The position numbers were made by a program, and so were the translations under genes. From Piscinibacter sp. (GTDB lineage: Bacteria; Pseudomonadota; Gammaproteobacteria; Burkholderiales; Burkholderiaceae_C), in the NCBI GenBank assembly GCA_047602365.1, contig JASGHM010000002.1:1631121-1695120 (forward strand): a stretch of DNA of 64,000 nt, read 5' to 3'. Shown piece after piece: positions 43,920 to 54,869 of the stretch (positions are counted from its first letter, which is position 1; each line of letters opens with the position of its first letter). The notes under the pieces were generated by a model that worked only from the letters and a program-made list of their open reading frames with translations, was not told where the DNA came from and made no database searches.

Positions 43920-44999
43920 GGCGCCGCCACCTGCTGCTGTGCCCGCTGGCGCTGCCGGCGTGGTCGGCGAGCGGCCGCGCCGGTGCAGCGCGGCCGTCAA
44001 CTCGCCTTCCCGCGCGACCACGGTTCGCACCCCGATGCGCGCACCGAATGGTGGTACGCCACCGGCTGGCTGGCCGCAGCGGGCGAGAGCGAACCGCTGT
44101 TCGGCTTCCAGGTCACCTTCTTCCGCTCGCGCACCGACGTCGCCGCCGACCACCCGAGCCGCTTCGCCGCGCGCCAGCTGGTGTTCGCCCACGCCGCGCT
44201 GAGCGACCTCGGCGCACGGCGTCTGCGCCACGACCAGCGCATCGCGCGCGCCGGCTTCGAGATCGCCCGCGTCGACGAGGCCGACACGCGGGTGGCGCTG
44301 CGCGGCTGGAGCTTCGAGCGCGCGGGCGCGATCGACGCGAGTGTCTATCGCACCCGCATCACCAGCGAGGCGGCCGGCTTCGGATTCGAGCTCGAACTCG
44401 CCGCCACGCAGCCGCTGCTGCTGCAGGGCGAGGCCGGCTTCTCGCGCAAGGGCCCGCAGCCCGAGCAGGCCAGCCACTACTACAGCCAGCCGCAGCTGGC
44501 GGTGCGCGGCACGCTGACCCGCGAGGGCCGGTCGCAGCCGGTGCAGGGCCGGGCCTGGCTGGACCACGAATGGAGCGAGGCCATCCTCGCCGCCGACGCG
44601 GTCGGCTGGGACTGGATCGGCATGAACCTGCTGGACGGCAGCGCGCTGACCGCCTTCCGCCTGCGCCGCGCCGATGGCAGCGCGCTGTGGGCAGGCGGCA
44701 GCTTCCGGCGCGCCGCTGGCGCAGTGGAGGTGTTCGCACCCGAGGCCATGCGCTTCGAGCCCGGCCCCGGCTGGACCAGCCCGCTCTCGCAGGCCCGCTA
44801 CCCGATCGACTGGCGCATCGACACACCGGCCGGCCGCTTCCGCGTGCGCGCCCTGCTCGCCGACCAGGAACTCGACAGCCGCGCCAGCACCGGCGCGATC
44901 TACTGGGAAGGGCTGTCGGAGCTGCTCGACGAGTCGGGCCAGCGCATCGGCCTGGGCTACCTGGAGATGACCGGCTACGCAGCACGCTTGCGCCTGTGA
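43916..44999 (+). CDS. AttH/CrtC-like lipocalin-fold protein with Tat-like signal (apparent +1 insertion about 43960-43982)
   Basis: MRRRHLL N-terminus in one frame; FPRDHGSHP..RTEWWY, SHYYSQP, AWLDHEWS, GWDW, YWEG and GYLEMTGY in the next. Confidence 0.82.
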
Positions 45000-45104
45000 G
45001 TTGCGGCAGGCGAGGGGCTGTCACTCCCCGCGGACTTGCCGCGCGTCAAGCCCGTCGGCCGCAGCTGCGCGCAGACTGAGCACATTACAGAACGGAGACA
45101 AGCC

Positions 45105-47230
45105 ATGGCGCAGTTCATCGATTCCATCGAGGCGGCGGTCGATCGTGTGCTCGACAGCGTCGACGGTGACATCGTGCTCGGCATCCCGCTGGCCATCGGC
45201 AAGCCGAATCCCTTCGTCAACGCGCTGTACCGGCGCATCAAGGGCAACCCGGCGCGCCGGCTGCGCATCGTCACCGCGCTGTCGCTGGAGAAGCCGGTCG
45301 GCAAGAGCGAGCTGGAACAGCATTTCCTCGGGCCACTGGTCGAGCGGGTGTTCGAGGACTACCCCGACCTGGCCTACGTGAAGGACCTGCGCGCCGGCAC
45401 GCTGCCGCCGAACGTCGAGGTGCGCGAGTTCTTCATGAAGACCGGCGACTACCTGGGCAACTCGGCCGCGCAGCAGAACTACATCTCGACCAACTACACC
45501 TTCGTCGCCCGCGACATGGCGGTGCAGGGCATGAACGTGATCGCGCAGGCGGTCGCCGCGCGCGGCGAAGGCGAGGCGCTGCGCCTGTCGCTGTCGAGCA
45601 ACCCCGACGTGGTGCTGGAGGTGGTCGAGAAGCTGCGCGCTGCCGGCCAGCCGCTGCTGACGGTCGGCGTGATCAACCAGAAGATGCCCTTCATGCCCAA
45701 CGGCGCCGAGGTCGGCCCCGAGTTCTTCGACCTCGTGGTCACCGACCCGGCCGGCACGCATGCGGTGTTCGCGCCGCCGAACAACAAGGTCAGCGCGGCC
45801 GACTACGCGATCGGCCTGCACGCCTCCAGCCTGGTGGCCGACGGCGGCACGCTGCAGATCGGCATCGGCTCGCTGGGCGACGCCATCGCGCAGGCGCTGA
45901 TCGTGCGCGACCGCCACGGCGACGAGTACCGCCGCATCCTCGGATCGATCAGCCCCGACGGCCTGGCCGGCCGCGAGCTCGACCGCTTCGACCAGGGCCT
46001 GTACGGCTGCTCGGAGATGTTCGTCAACGGCTTCCTGAAGCTGATCGAGGCCGGCATCATCCGCCGCGAGGTTTTCGGCGACACCGTGCTGCAGCAGCTG
46101 CTCAACGACGGCGAGATCGACGAGGTGGTGAACGCCGGCGACGCTAACGCGCGCTGCTGCGCCGCGGCCGCATCCGCTCACCGCTGGACGCCGCCGACCT
46201 CGCCTACCTGACCCACTGGGGCGTGCTGCGCGAAGGCGTGCGGCTGGACGGCGACGCGCTGGTGCTGGGCGACGCGCGGCTGCGCAACGACCTGATCGCC
46301 GCCGACAACCTGGAGCGCATCGGCGCCGCGTTGCTCGGCAGCCGCCTCACCCACGGCATCTTCATGACCGGCGGCTTCTTCCTCGGCCCGCGCGATTTCT
46401 ACGAGCGGCTGCGCACCATGCCGCCGCAGGAGCTGGCGAAGATCGACATGACGCGCATCGACTTCATCAACCAGCTCTACTCCGAGAACGGCGGCCAGGG
46501 CGACCTGAAGCGTGCGCAGCGGCGCAAGGCGCGCTTCATCAACACGACGATGATCGTCACGCTGCTCGGGGCGGCCTGCAGCGATGCGCTCGAATCGGGC
46601 CAGGTGGTCAGCGGCGTCGGCGGGCAGTACAACTTCGTCGCGATGTCGCATGCGCTGCCCGACGCGCGGCTGCTGATGATGCTGCGCGCCACCCACGACA
46701 ACAAGGACGGGCTGAAGAGCAGCATCGTCTGGAGCTACGGCCACGTGACCATCCCGCGCCACCTGCGCGACATCGTCATCACCGAGTACGGCGTCGCCGA
46801 CCTGCGCGGTCAGAGCGACAGCGAGGTCGTCAAGCGGCTGATCGCGGTGGCCGACTCGCGCTTCCAGGACGAGCTGATCCGCGAGGCCAAGGCGCACGGC
46901 AAGCTGGAAGCCGGCTACGAACTGCCCGAGCGCTACCGCCACAACCTGCCGCAGGCGCTGGAGGACAAGCTGCACCCCTGGGCCCAGGCCGGCCTGCTGC
47001 CGGACTTCCCGTTCGGCACCGACCTGAGCGAGGACGAACTGCACATCGTGCGTGCGCTGAAGAAGCTCAAGCACGCCACGCAGCACCCCGGCGAATTGCT
47101 GACGATGGCGATCAGGAGCCTGTGGGAAGGCAAGGAAGCGCCGCTGCCCTACCTCGAGCGCCTCGGCCTGGCCGAGACACACAGCTTCAAGGACGCCTTC
47201 GTCAGGCGGCTGTTCGCCGGCAACCTGTAG
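45105..47230 (+). CDS. acetyl-CoA hydrolase/transferase family protein (two apparent +1 A insertions near 46131 and 46147)
   Basis: DGGTLQIGIG, GCSEMF, SGVGGQYNFV, TIPRHLRDIVITEYGVADLRG; removing two A's joins ORFs 45036..46211 and 46223..47230. Confidence 0.85.
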
Positions 47231-47279
47231 CCGCCGTGCGCCGGCTCACGGCAAACTGCGTTCGCAGGTGACACCGGCG

Positions 47280-48893
47280 TCAATGGGCTCCGCCGGCATC
47301 GACCGGCGCGGCATTGCGCCTGGGCGCGGTCAGCCAGACCATCACGATCATCACCAGGAACAGCCCGGCCGAGAGCCGGAACAGGTCGGTGGCGGCCATC
47401 GTGTAGGCCTGCTGGTCGATCAGGCGGTTCAGCGTCGCCGAGGCCTGTGCGGGGTCGAGCCCGGCCGCACCGAGCTGCGCCAGTGCCTGCGTCGCCGCGC
47501 CGTTGCCCGGGTTGACCTGCTCGGCCAGGTGGGCGTGGTGCATGATGGCCCGGTCCTCCCACAGCGTGGTGAAGATCGAGGTGCCCATCGCGCCGGCGGT
47601 GATGCGCACGAAGTTCGACAGGCCCGAGGCGGCCGGCATCTGCTCCGGCGTCAGGCCGCTGAACACGATGGCCTGCAGCGGGATGAAGAAGAAGGCCATC
47701 GCGACGCCCTGCACCAGCGTCGGCAGCAGCACGGTCGCGAAGGTCGACTGGGCGTTGAACTGCGAGCGCATCCACAGCACCAGCGCGAAGACGACGAAGG
47801 CCACCGTCGCCAGCTTGCGCGGGTCGATGCGCGAGACGTTCTTGCCCACCCAGGGCGACAGCAGGATCGCGAACAGCCCGACCGGCGCCATCGCCAGGCC
47901 TGCCCAGGTGGCGGTGTAGCCCATGTACTGCTGCAGCCACAGCGGCAGCAGCACGACGTTGCCGAAGAACAGGCCGTAGGCCACCGCCAGCGAGACCGTG
48001 CCGAGCGCGAAGTTGCGCCGTGCGAACAGGCGCAGGTTGACGATCGGGTGGTGGTCGGTCAGCTCCCAGACCAGGAAGAAGGCCAGGCCCACCACGGCGA
48101 CGACGGCGAGCGTGACGATCTGCCCGGAGGCGAACCAGTCGAGCTCCTTGCCCTTGTCGATCATGATCTGCAGCGCGCCGACCCACAGCACCAGCAGGCC
48201 CAGGCCGATGCTGTCCAGCGGCACCTTGCGCGGGCCGGGGTCGCGCGTGCGGTAGATCGACCAGGCCAGTGCGGCGGCGAACAGGCCGACCGGCACGTTG
48301 ATGTAGAAGATCCACGGCCAGGAGATGTTGTCGGTGATCCAGCCGCCGAGCAGCGGCCCCATCACCGGCGCGACCAGCGTGGTCATCGCCCACATCGCCA
48401 TTGCCGTGCCGGCCAGCAGCGGCGGGTAGCTGGCCAGCAGCAGCGTCTGCGACAGCGGGATCATCGGCCCGGCCACCAGGCCCTGCAGCACGCGGAAGAA
48501 GATCAGCGACTCGATGTTCGGCGCCATGCCGCACAGCCACGAGGTCAGCACGAACAGCAGCACGCTGGCGACGAACAGGCGCACCTGGCCGAAGCGCTGC
48601 GTCAGCCAGCCGGTCAGCGGCACGGCGATCGCGTTGGCGACGCCGAACGAGGTGATGACCCAGGTGCCCTGCGCCGGGCTGACGCCCATGTCGCCGGCGA
48701 TCGCCGGGATCGACACGTTGGCGATCGACGAGTCGAGCACGTTCATGAACGTCGCCAGCGACAGCGCCAGCGTGCCCAGCACGCGCGCGCTGCCCTCGAG
48801 CGGAGGGAAGGCCACGCGGGCCGGTGCGGCAGGCGCGGGCGGCGCCGGCCGCGCCGGTGCCGCGTCGTCGGCGGTGACGGCAGCGTTGCTCAC
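47280..48893 (-). CDS. emrB: DHA2-family MFS efflux permease
   Basis: FMNVLDSSIANVSIP, GTWVITSF, GPMIPLSQ and WPWIFYINVPVG. Confidence 0.9.
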   Translation of the reverse strand: MSNAAVTADDAAPARPAPPAPAAPARVAFPPLEGSARVLGTLALSLATFMNVLDSSIANVSIPAIAGDMGVSPAQGTWVITSFGVANAIAVPLTGWLTQRFGQVRLFVASVLLFVLTSWLCGMAPNIESLIFFRVLQGLVAGPMIPLSQTLLLASYPPLLAGTAMAMWAMTTLVAPVMGPLLGGWITDNISWPWIFYINVPVGLFAAALAWSIYRTRDPGPRKVPLDSIGLGLLVLWVGALQIMIDKGKELDWFASGQIVTLAVVAVVGLAFFLVWELTDHHPIVNLRLFARRNFALGTVSLAVAYGLFFGNVVLLPLWLQQYMGYTATWAGLAMAPVGLFAILLSPWVGKNVSRIDPRKLATVAFVVFALVLWMRSQFNAQSTFATVLLPTLVQGVAMAFFFIPLQAIVFSGLTPEQMPAASGLSNFVRITAGAMGTSIFTTLWEDRAIMHHAHLAEQVNPGNGAATQALAQLGAAGLDPAQASATLNRLIDQQAYTMAATDLFRLSAGLFLVMIVMVWLTAPRRNAAPVDAGGAH

Positions 48894-50200
48894 GAGCGTG
48901 TCTTCGCCAGCACGGCCAGCTTGGCACCCGACGCGGCCTGCGCGGGCGCGCTCGCCGGGCCATGCGCCGCAGCGCGGCCGAGGTTGGCGGCGATGATGCC
49001 GTTGACCAGCTTGTCGGCCTCGGCACGCGGCGCCTCGAAGGCCTGGGTCGTGCTGCTGCGGGCGACCGCGGCGCCGAGCAGCGGCGCGCCGTCCTGCGGC
49101 GCGACGTCGACCGTCGCCTCCATCGACAGGCCGACACGCAGCGGGTGTTCGGCGAGCTGCTTGGCATCGAGCTCGACACGCACCGGTACGCGCTGCACCA
49201 CCTTGATCCAGTTGCCGGTGGCGTTCTGCGCCGGCAGCAGCGCGAAGGCCGCGCCGGTGCCGGCGCCGACGCCGGCGATGCGGCCGTCGTACTCGACCTT
49301 GTTGCCGTACAGGTCGGCGGTCAGCCTGACCGGCTGGCCGATGCGCATGCGGCGCAGCTGCACTTCCTTGAAGTTCGCTTCCACCCACACCTGCTCGAGC
49401 GGGATCACCGTCATCAGCGGCGTGCCGGCGGCGATGCGCTGGCCGACCTGCACGGTGCGCTTGGCGATCTGGCCCGACACCGGTGCCGGCAGCTCGGCGC
49501 GCTGCACCGCCAGCCAGGCCTCGCGCACCGCGGCGGCGGCACGTTCGACGTTGGGGTGCTTGTCGACCGCGGTGCCGTCGGTCAGCGCCTGGTTGCCCAG
49601 CGCCTGCTCGCGCGCCGCGGCCAGCGCGGCCTGCGCCGCGGCCAGCGCACTCTTCGCGCCGGACAGCGTGGTCTCGGCGTGCTTCATTTCCTCGCCGCCG
49701 ACGGCACCGCTGGCCAGCAGCGGCTGGCGGCGCGCGACGTCGTCGCCGGCACGCGCGACATCGGTCTGCAGCCGGGCGACCTCGGCCTCGCGGGTGCGCA
49801 CCGTGGCCGCCAGCGTCGCGTTGTTGGCGTACAGCGTGCGCACCTCGCGCACCGTCTGTGCCAGCTGAGCTTCGGCGCGCTCCAGCGCGAGCTGCGCGTC
49901 GGCGGTGTCCAGCTTCACCAGCGGCTGGCCGGCCTTGACGATGTCGGTGTCGTCGGCCAGCACGGCCAGAACGGTGCCGCCGACCTGCGGCGTGATCTGC
50001 ACCACCGGCGCCTGCACGTAGGCGTTGTCGGTCGCTTCGTGGTGGCGCAGCACGGTGGCCCAGTAGGCGCCATAACCGAGGCCGGCGAGCAGCGTGACGC
50101 CGGCGACGGCCAGCAGCGCCGGGCGGCGGCGCGACGGCGCGATGGCCGGCGCGGGCGCCGACGCAGCGGCGGGGCGGGTGTTGTCTTGGTTCGAGCTCAT
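48890..50200 (-). CDS. emrA: efflux membrane fusion protein
   Basis: TDNAYV, WVEANFKE and ALLPAQNATGNWIKVVQRVPVR. Confidence 0.9.
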   Translation of the reverse strand: MSSNQDNTRPAAASAPAPAIAPSRRRPALLAVAGVTLLAGLGYGAYWATVLRHHEATDNAYVQAPVVQITPQVGGTVLAVLADDTDIVKAGQPLVKLDTADAQLALERAEAQLAQTVREVRTLYANNATLAATVRTREAEVARLQTDVARAGDDVARRQPLLASGAVGGEEMKHAETTLSGAKSALAAAQAALAAAREQALGNQALTDGTAVDKHPNVERAAAAVREAWLAVQRAELPAPVSGQIAKRTVQVGQRIAAGTPLMTVIPLEQVWVEANFKEVQLRRMRIGQPVRLTADLYGNKVEYDGRIAGVGAGTGAAFALLPAQNATGNWIKVVQRVPVRVELDAKQLAEHPLRVGLSMEATVDVAPQDGAPLLGAAVARSSTTQAFEAPRAEADKLVNGIIAANLGRAAAHGPASAPAQAASGAKLAVLAKTRS

Positions 50201-50231
50201 GATGATCCCTCTTCTGTTCTTCGCGGGCCGC

Positions 50232-51644
50232 TCAGGCCTCGTGGTAGCCGCCGCCGAGCGCACGCGCCAGCGCGACTTCGGCCGCCAGGTGGCGCGCCTT
50301 CAGGTCGGCCGCGGCGCGACGCTGCGTCAGCACGTTGGTCTGCGCGGTCAGCACGGTCAGGAAGTTGCCCAGGCCGGCCTGGTAGCGCTGCACGGCCAGG
50401 TCGAAGGCCGCATCGGCGGCGCCGGTCGCCTCGGCCTGGGCGCGCTGCTGGCGCTCCAGCGACTGCAGGCTGCCGACCTCGTCGGCGACCTCGCGCAGCG
50501 CACGCAGCAGCGTGGCGTTGTAGGCGTCGATCGCGGCGTCGGCATCGGCCCGCTTGCTGTCGAGCTGGGCGCGCAGCCGGCCGCCGTCGAACAGCGGCAG
50601 GTGCAGCGCCGGCCCGGCGCCGAAGGTCCGCGAGCCGGCCTCGACGAAACGGTCCAGCCCGAGGCTGGACAGGCCGACGAAGGCGACCAGGTTGACGTTC
50701 GGATAGAACTGCGCACGCGCGACGGCGATCTCCTTGCCCGCGGCGTCGACACGCCAGCGCTGCGCGACCAGGTCGGCGCGGCGGCCGATCAGGTCGGCCG
50801 GCAGCGTCGCCGGCAGCGCGGCGGAGCGCACGCCGGCCAGCGTCGGCGCCAGCGTGGCGTAGGCCTGCGGCCCCTGCCCGGCCAGTTCGGCCAGTGCGTG
50901 GCGGGCACGCAGCGCGGCTTCGTCGAGGGCCTCGATCTCGACCTGCGTCTGCGCGATCAGGCCCTCGGCCTGGCGCAGCTCGACGCGCGTGTCGAGGCCG
51001 GCGGCGATGCGCTGGCGAACCAGCGCCAGGATCTGCTCGCGCTGCTGCAGCGACTCGGCGGCCAGGCGGCGGTTCTCGAGCAGACGCGCCAGGTTGAAGT
51101 AGGCCGACGCGACGTTGCCGGCCAGCAGCACACGCGCGGCCTGTGCATCGGCCTGCGCGGCGCGGCTCTGGCCGATCGCCGCATCGAGCGCGGCGCGCTG
51201 GCGGCCGAACAGGTCGAGCTCCCAGCCGACGCCGATCTGCGCGCTGTTGTTCCAGTGGATGGTGCCGGCCAGCGGCGCCGGCACCAGGCCGTTCTCGGTG
51301 AAGCGCTGGTCGCTCAGTTCGACCGACAGGTTGGCCTGCGGCTGGTGGGCGGCGCCGGTGGCGTCGACGGCCGCCTGCGCGACGCGCACACGCTCGCCGG
51401 CGCTGGCCAGCGTCGGCGAGGCAGCCAGCGCCTGGGCGACGATCGCATCGAGCTGGGCATCACCCCAGGCGCTCCACCAGGTCGGGGCGGGCCAGTCCGC
51501 GGTGCTCGCGCTGGCACCGAGCGCAGCGGGTTCGAGCACCGCGCGCGGTGCGGTGGCGGCGCCGGGGCTGGCGCAGCCGGCCAGCCAGAACACCGAAGCC
51601 AGTGCCGAGGTCAGCACGGCCAGGCGCAAGGCGGTGCCGTTCAT
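50232..51644 (-). CDS. outer-membrane efflux channel lipoprotein (NodT/OprM family)
   Basis: Lipobox LAGC; WELDLFG, RRADL, FYPNVNL, LPLFDGG and ALGGG. Confidence 0.9.
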   Translation of the reverse strand: MNGTALRLAVLTSALASVFWLAGCASPGAATAPRAVLEPAALGASASTADWPAPTWWSAWGDAQLDAIVAQALAASPTLASAGERVRVAQAAVDATGAAHQPQANLSVELSDQRFTENGLVPAPLAGTIHWNNSAQIGVGWELDLFGRQRAALDAAIGQSRAAQADAQAARVLLAGNVASAYFNLARLLENRRLAAESLQQREQILALVRQRIAAGLDTRVELRQAEGLIAQTQVEIEALDEAALRARHALAELAGQGPQAYATLAPTLAGVRSAALPATLPADLIGRRADLVAQRWRVDAAGKEIAVARAQFYPNVNLVAFVGLSSLGLDRFVEAGSRTFGAGPALHLPLFDGGRLRAQLDSKRADADAAIDAYNATLLRALREVADEVGSLQSLERQQRAQAEATGAADAAFDLAVQRYQAGLGNFLTVLTAQTNVLTQRRAAADLKARHLAAEVALARALGGGYHEA

Positions 51645-52123
51645 GCAGCCTCCTGCTGGGCTTGCAGTGCCTGGCCGTTGGCACTCATGCGCTCGATCAG
51701 CTTGAGCAGTTGCTTCCAGTCGCGTTCGCTGAAGCCGGCCAGGAAATCGTTGTTGACGGCGGCCAGCACGTGCGGGATGTGCGCCGCGGCTTCTTCGCCG
51801 GCGGCGGTCAGGCGCAGGTGCACGACACGGCGGTCCGACGCCGAGCGCACACGTTCGATCAGGCCCTTGCTTTCCACCCGGTCGAGCATGCGGGTGATCG
51901 CGCCGGCGTCGATGCCGGTCTCGCGGGCCAGCTCGATCGCCGTGGTGGCGCGGCCGCTGCGGATCATCCACAGCGGCTTCCATTGCGCGTCGGTCATGCC
52001 ATGCCGGGCCATGCGCGTCTCGACCTCGCGGCGCATCAGCTGCATCAGCTTGAAGACCTGGTGGCCGACACTTTCCGCCACGTCGTAGCGGTGACCGTCG
52101 TAGGGGGTGAACTTGTCATCCAT
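51641..52123 (-). CDS. MarR family regulator (EmrR-like)
   Basis: GMTDAQW, DAGAITRMLDRVESKGLIER..S..DRR..L.LT..G. Confidence 0.92.
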   Translation of the reverse strand: MDDKFTPYDGHRYDVAESVGHQVFKLMQLMRREVETRMARHGMTDAQWKPLWMIRSGRATTAIELARETGIDAGAITRMLDRVESKGLIERVRSASDRRVVHLRLTAAGEEAAAHIPHVLAAVNNDFLAGFSERDWKQLLKLIERMSANGQALQAQQEAA

Positions 52124-52149
52124 CGGAGGCGCCCGGGCCGCCTTATCAG

Positions 52150-52176
52150 CAGCCCAAGCAATCATTGCGTAGGCAA
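52150..52176. promoter_or_regulatory. candidate tandem MarR operators
   Basis: Near-palindrome TTGCGTAGGCAA (52165-52176) with a degenerate copy CAGCCCAAGCAA (52150-52161) just upstream of marR. Confidence 0.5.
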
Positions 52177-52243
52177 ATTTTGCCGGAGCATCTATTCCCG
52201 AGTGGCAACAGGGGCTTTCGCCCCGGCCGCCTAGACTCGCCGC

Positions 52244-54067
52244 ATGTCCGCCATCGCCCCGCCCGCCGCCGACGCCGGCGCACCGCCCGAGGCGCCGGCC
52301 GCCACGCGCCAGGTGCGCTCGCTGTCCGGCCTCGCCCCTTTTCTTCACCCCTACCGCGGCCGCATCGTGCTGGCCGGGCTGTTCCTGGTGCTGGCCGCGC
52401 TGACCACGCTGGTGCTGCCGGTCGCGCTGAAGTCGCTGATCGACCAGGGCATCGTCGCGGCCGACCCGGGCGAACGCATCATGGCGCTGCGCGGCCACTT
52501 CTTCGCGCTGTTCGGCGTCGGCGTCGCGCTCGGCGTGTTCTCGGCGGCGCGTTTCTACATGGTCACCTGGCTGGGCGAGCGTGTCACCGCCGACCTGCGC
52601 AACGCCGTCTACGCCCATGTGCTGGAGCAGAGCCCGCAGTTCTTCGAGACCACGCAGACCGGCGAGGTGCTGTCGCGCCTGACCACCGACACGACGCTGG
52701 TGCAGACCGTCGTCGGCTCCAGCCTCAGCATGGGCCTGCGCAACACGGTGATGGGCATCGGCGCGATGGCCATGCTGATCGTCACCAACCCCTACGTGAT
52801 GTCGCAGGTGCTCGGCACGCTGGTGCTGGTGGTGCTGCCCAGCCTGTGGCTCGGCCGGCGCGTGCGCAAGCTCAGCCGCGCCAGTCAGGACCGCGTGGCC
52901 GACTCCAGCGCGATCGCCGCCGAGGTGCTCAACGCGATTCCCGTGGTGCAGAGCTACGTGCAGGAGCGCCGCGAGGCGGCCCGCTTCGACGCCGCCACCG
53001 AGAACGCCTTCGAGACCGCGCGCAAGCGCACGCGGGTGCGCTCCTTCCTCGTCGCCTTCATCATCAGCGCCACCTTCGGCGCGCTGCTGTGGGGCCTGTA
53101 CCAGGGCACGCAGGCGGTGCTGGCCGGGCAGATGAGCGCCGGCCACCTGGCGCAGACCGTGGTCTACGTGACCATCCTGGTCAGTTCGGTGGCGGTGCTG
53201 TCCGAGGTCTATGGCGACCTGCTGCGCGCCGCCGGCGCGACCGAGCGGCTGATGGAACTGCTGGCCTCGCGCTCGGCGATCGCCGAGCCGGCACAGCCGC
53301 GTGCGCTGCCAGCCACGCGCGGAGGCTCGTCGCTGGCGCTGCGCGACGTGGTATTCCGCTATCCCTCGCGGCCGCAGCAGGCGGCGCTGTCGCATGTCGA
53401 CCTGGTCGTGCAGCCGGGCGAGACGGTTGCGCTGGTCGGCCCCAGTGGCGCCGGCAAGAGCACGGTGTTCCAGCTGCTGCTGCGCTTCTACGATGTTGCC
53501 GGTGGCACGGTCGAGGTCGACGGCGTGCCGGTGCGCGAGGCCTCGCTGTCGGCGCTGCGCCAGCGCATCGGCATCGTGCCGCAGGACAGCGTGATCTTCT
53601 CCGCCAACGCGATGGAGAACATCCGCTACGGCCGGCCCGAGGCCAGCGACGCCGAGGTGATCGCCGCTGCCAAGGCCGCCTTCGCGCACGACTTCATCAG
53701 CGCGCTGCCCGAGGGCTACCAGACCTTCCTCGGCGAGCGCGGCGTGCGCCTGTCGGGCGGCCAGAAGCAACGCATCAGCATCGCCCGCGCGATGCTGAAG
53801 AACCCGCCGCTGCTGCTGCTCGACGAGGCGACCAGCGCGCTCGACGCCGAGAGCGAACGCATGGTGCAGGCAGCGCTGGAGTCGGCGATGAAGGACCGCA
53901 CGACGCTGGTCATCGCGCACCGGCTGGCCACGGTGCAGCGCGCCGATCGCATCGTCGTGCTCGAGGCCGGGCGCATCGTCGAGAGCGGCACGCATGCACA
54001 ACTCGCCGAGGCCGGTGGCCTGTATGCGCGTCTGGCCGCCCTGCAGTTCGATCAGGATCAAGCCTGA
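52244..54067 (+). CDS. fused ABC exporter (TMD + ATPase)
   Basis: GERVTADLR, GPSGAGKS, LSGGQKQRISIARA, DEATSALD and IAHRL. Confidence 0.92.
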   Translation: MSAIAPPAADAGAPPEAPAATRQVRSLSGLAPFLHPYRGRIVLAGLFLVLAALTTLVLPVALKSLIDQGIVAADPGERIMALRGHFFALFGVGVALGVFSAARFYMVTWLGERVTADLRNAVYAHVLEQSPQFFETTQTGEVLSRLTTDTTLVQTVVGSSLSMGLRNTVMGIGAMAMLIVTNPYVMSQVLGTLVLVVLPSLWLGRRVRKLSRASQDRVADSSAIAAEVLNAIPVVQSYVQERREAARFDAATENAFETARKRTRVRSFLVAFIISATFGALLWGLYQGTQAVLAGQMSAGHLAQTVVYVTILVSSVAVLSEVYGDLLRAAGATERLMELLASRSAIAEPAQPRALPATRGGSSLALRDVVFRYPSRPQQAALSHVDLVVQPGETVALVGPSGAGKSTVFQLLLRFYDVAGGTVEVDGVPVREASLSALRQRIGIVPQDSVIFSANAMENIRYGRPEASDAEVIAAAKAAFAHDFISALPEGYQTFLGERGVRLSGGQKQRISIARAMLKNPPLLLLDEATSALDAESERMVQAALESAMKDRTTLVIAHRLATVQRADRIVVLEAGRIVESGTHAQLAEAGGLYARLAALQFDQDQA

Positions 54068-54168
54068 AACACAAAGTCACCGTCGCGCCCGTGGTCGGTC
54101 GAACCCGGCCTGCGTTACTGTGGTCGAATCGCGCCCGGTGCGTTGGGCGCCCTGACGAGGAGATCCGC

Positions 54169-54825
54169 ATGAAGACGACACGAACCACCCAGATCACCCT
54201 GGCCACGCTGGCGGCCGCTGCGCTGCTGGCCGGCTGCGAGAACATGAGCGAACGCCAGAAGGGCACCGCCACCGGCGCGGCCATCGGCGCCGTGGTCGGC
54301 GGCGTGCTGAGCTCGGCCACCGGCGGCAAGGCCGGCACCGGCGCGGTGGTCGGCGGCGCGGTCGGCGCGGTGGCCGGCAACCTGTGGTCCAAGCGCATGG
54401 AAGAGAAGCGCGCGGCGATGGAGCAGGCCACGCAAGGCACCGGCATCGAGGTCGCGCGCACGCCGCAGAACGAGCTGAAGGTCAACGTGCCGAGCGACTT
54501 CTCGTTCGACGTCGGCCGCTCGGCGATCAAGCCGCAGATGCGCCCGGTGCTCGATCAGTTCGCGCAGGGACTGGACCCGACCATGCGCGTGCGCATCGTC
54601 GGCCACACCGACAGCACCGGCAGCGACGCGATCAACAACCCGCTGTCGGTCGACCGCGCACAGAGCGTGCGCGACTACCTGGCCGGCCGCGGGGTGGCGC
54701 CGGCGCGTGTCGAGACCACCGGCCGCGGCTCGCACGAGCCGGTGGCCGACAACGGCAGCGATGCCGGCCGCGCGCAGAACCGCCGCGTCGAGATCTTCCT
54801 GCGCGAGCCTGCTCCGCAGGGTTGA
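54169..54825 (+). CDS. OmpA-domain lipoprotein with glycine zipper (YiaD-like)
   Basis: Lipobox LAGC; [10 protein letters not shown] repeats; GHTDSTG, LS..RA.SV and NRRVEI. Confidence 0.9.
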   Translation: MKTTRTTQITLATLAAAALLAGCENMSERQKGTATGAAIGAVVGGVLSSATGGKAGTGAVVGGAVGAVAGNLWSKRMEEKRAAMEQATQGTGIEVARTPQNELKVNVPSDFSFDVGRSAIKPQMRPVLDQFAQGLDPTMRVRIVGHTDSTGSDAINNPLSVDRAQSVRDYLAGRGVAPARVETTGRGSHEPVADNGSDAGRAQNRRVEIFLREPAPQG

Positions 54826-54869
54826 GCCCATCGGCGCGCTCCGGCGGAGCGCGCCCTAGAATCCGGCCG

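Noticed and set aside
43916-44999. Carotenoid 1,2-hydratase (crtC) pathway
   Set aside because: No crt genes are nearby; the context (ABC ATPase plus permease) fits the AttH-like subfamily.
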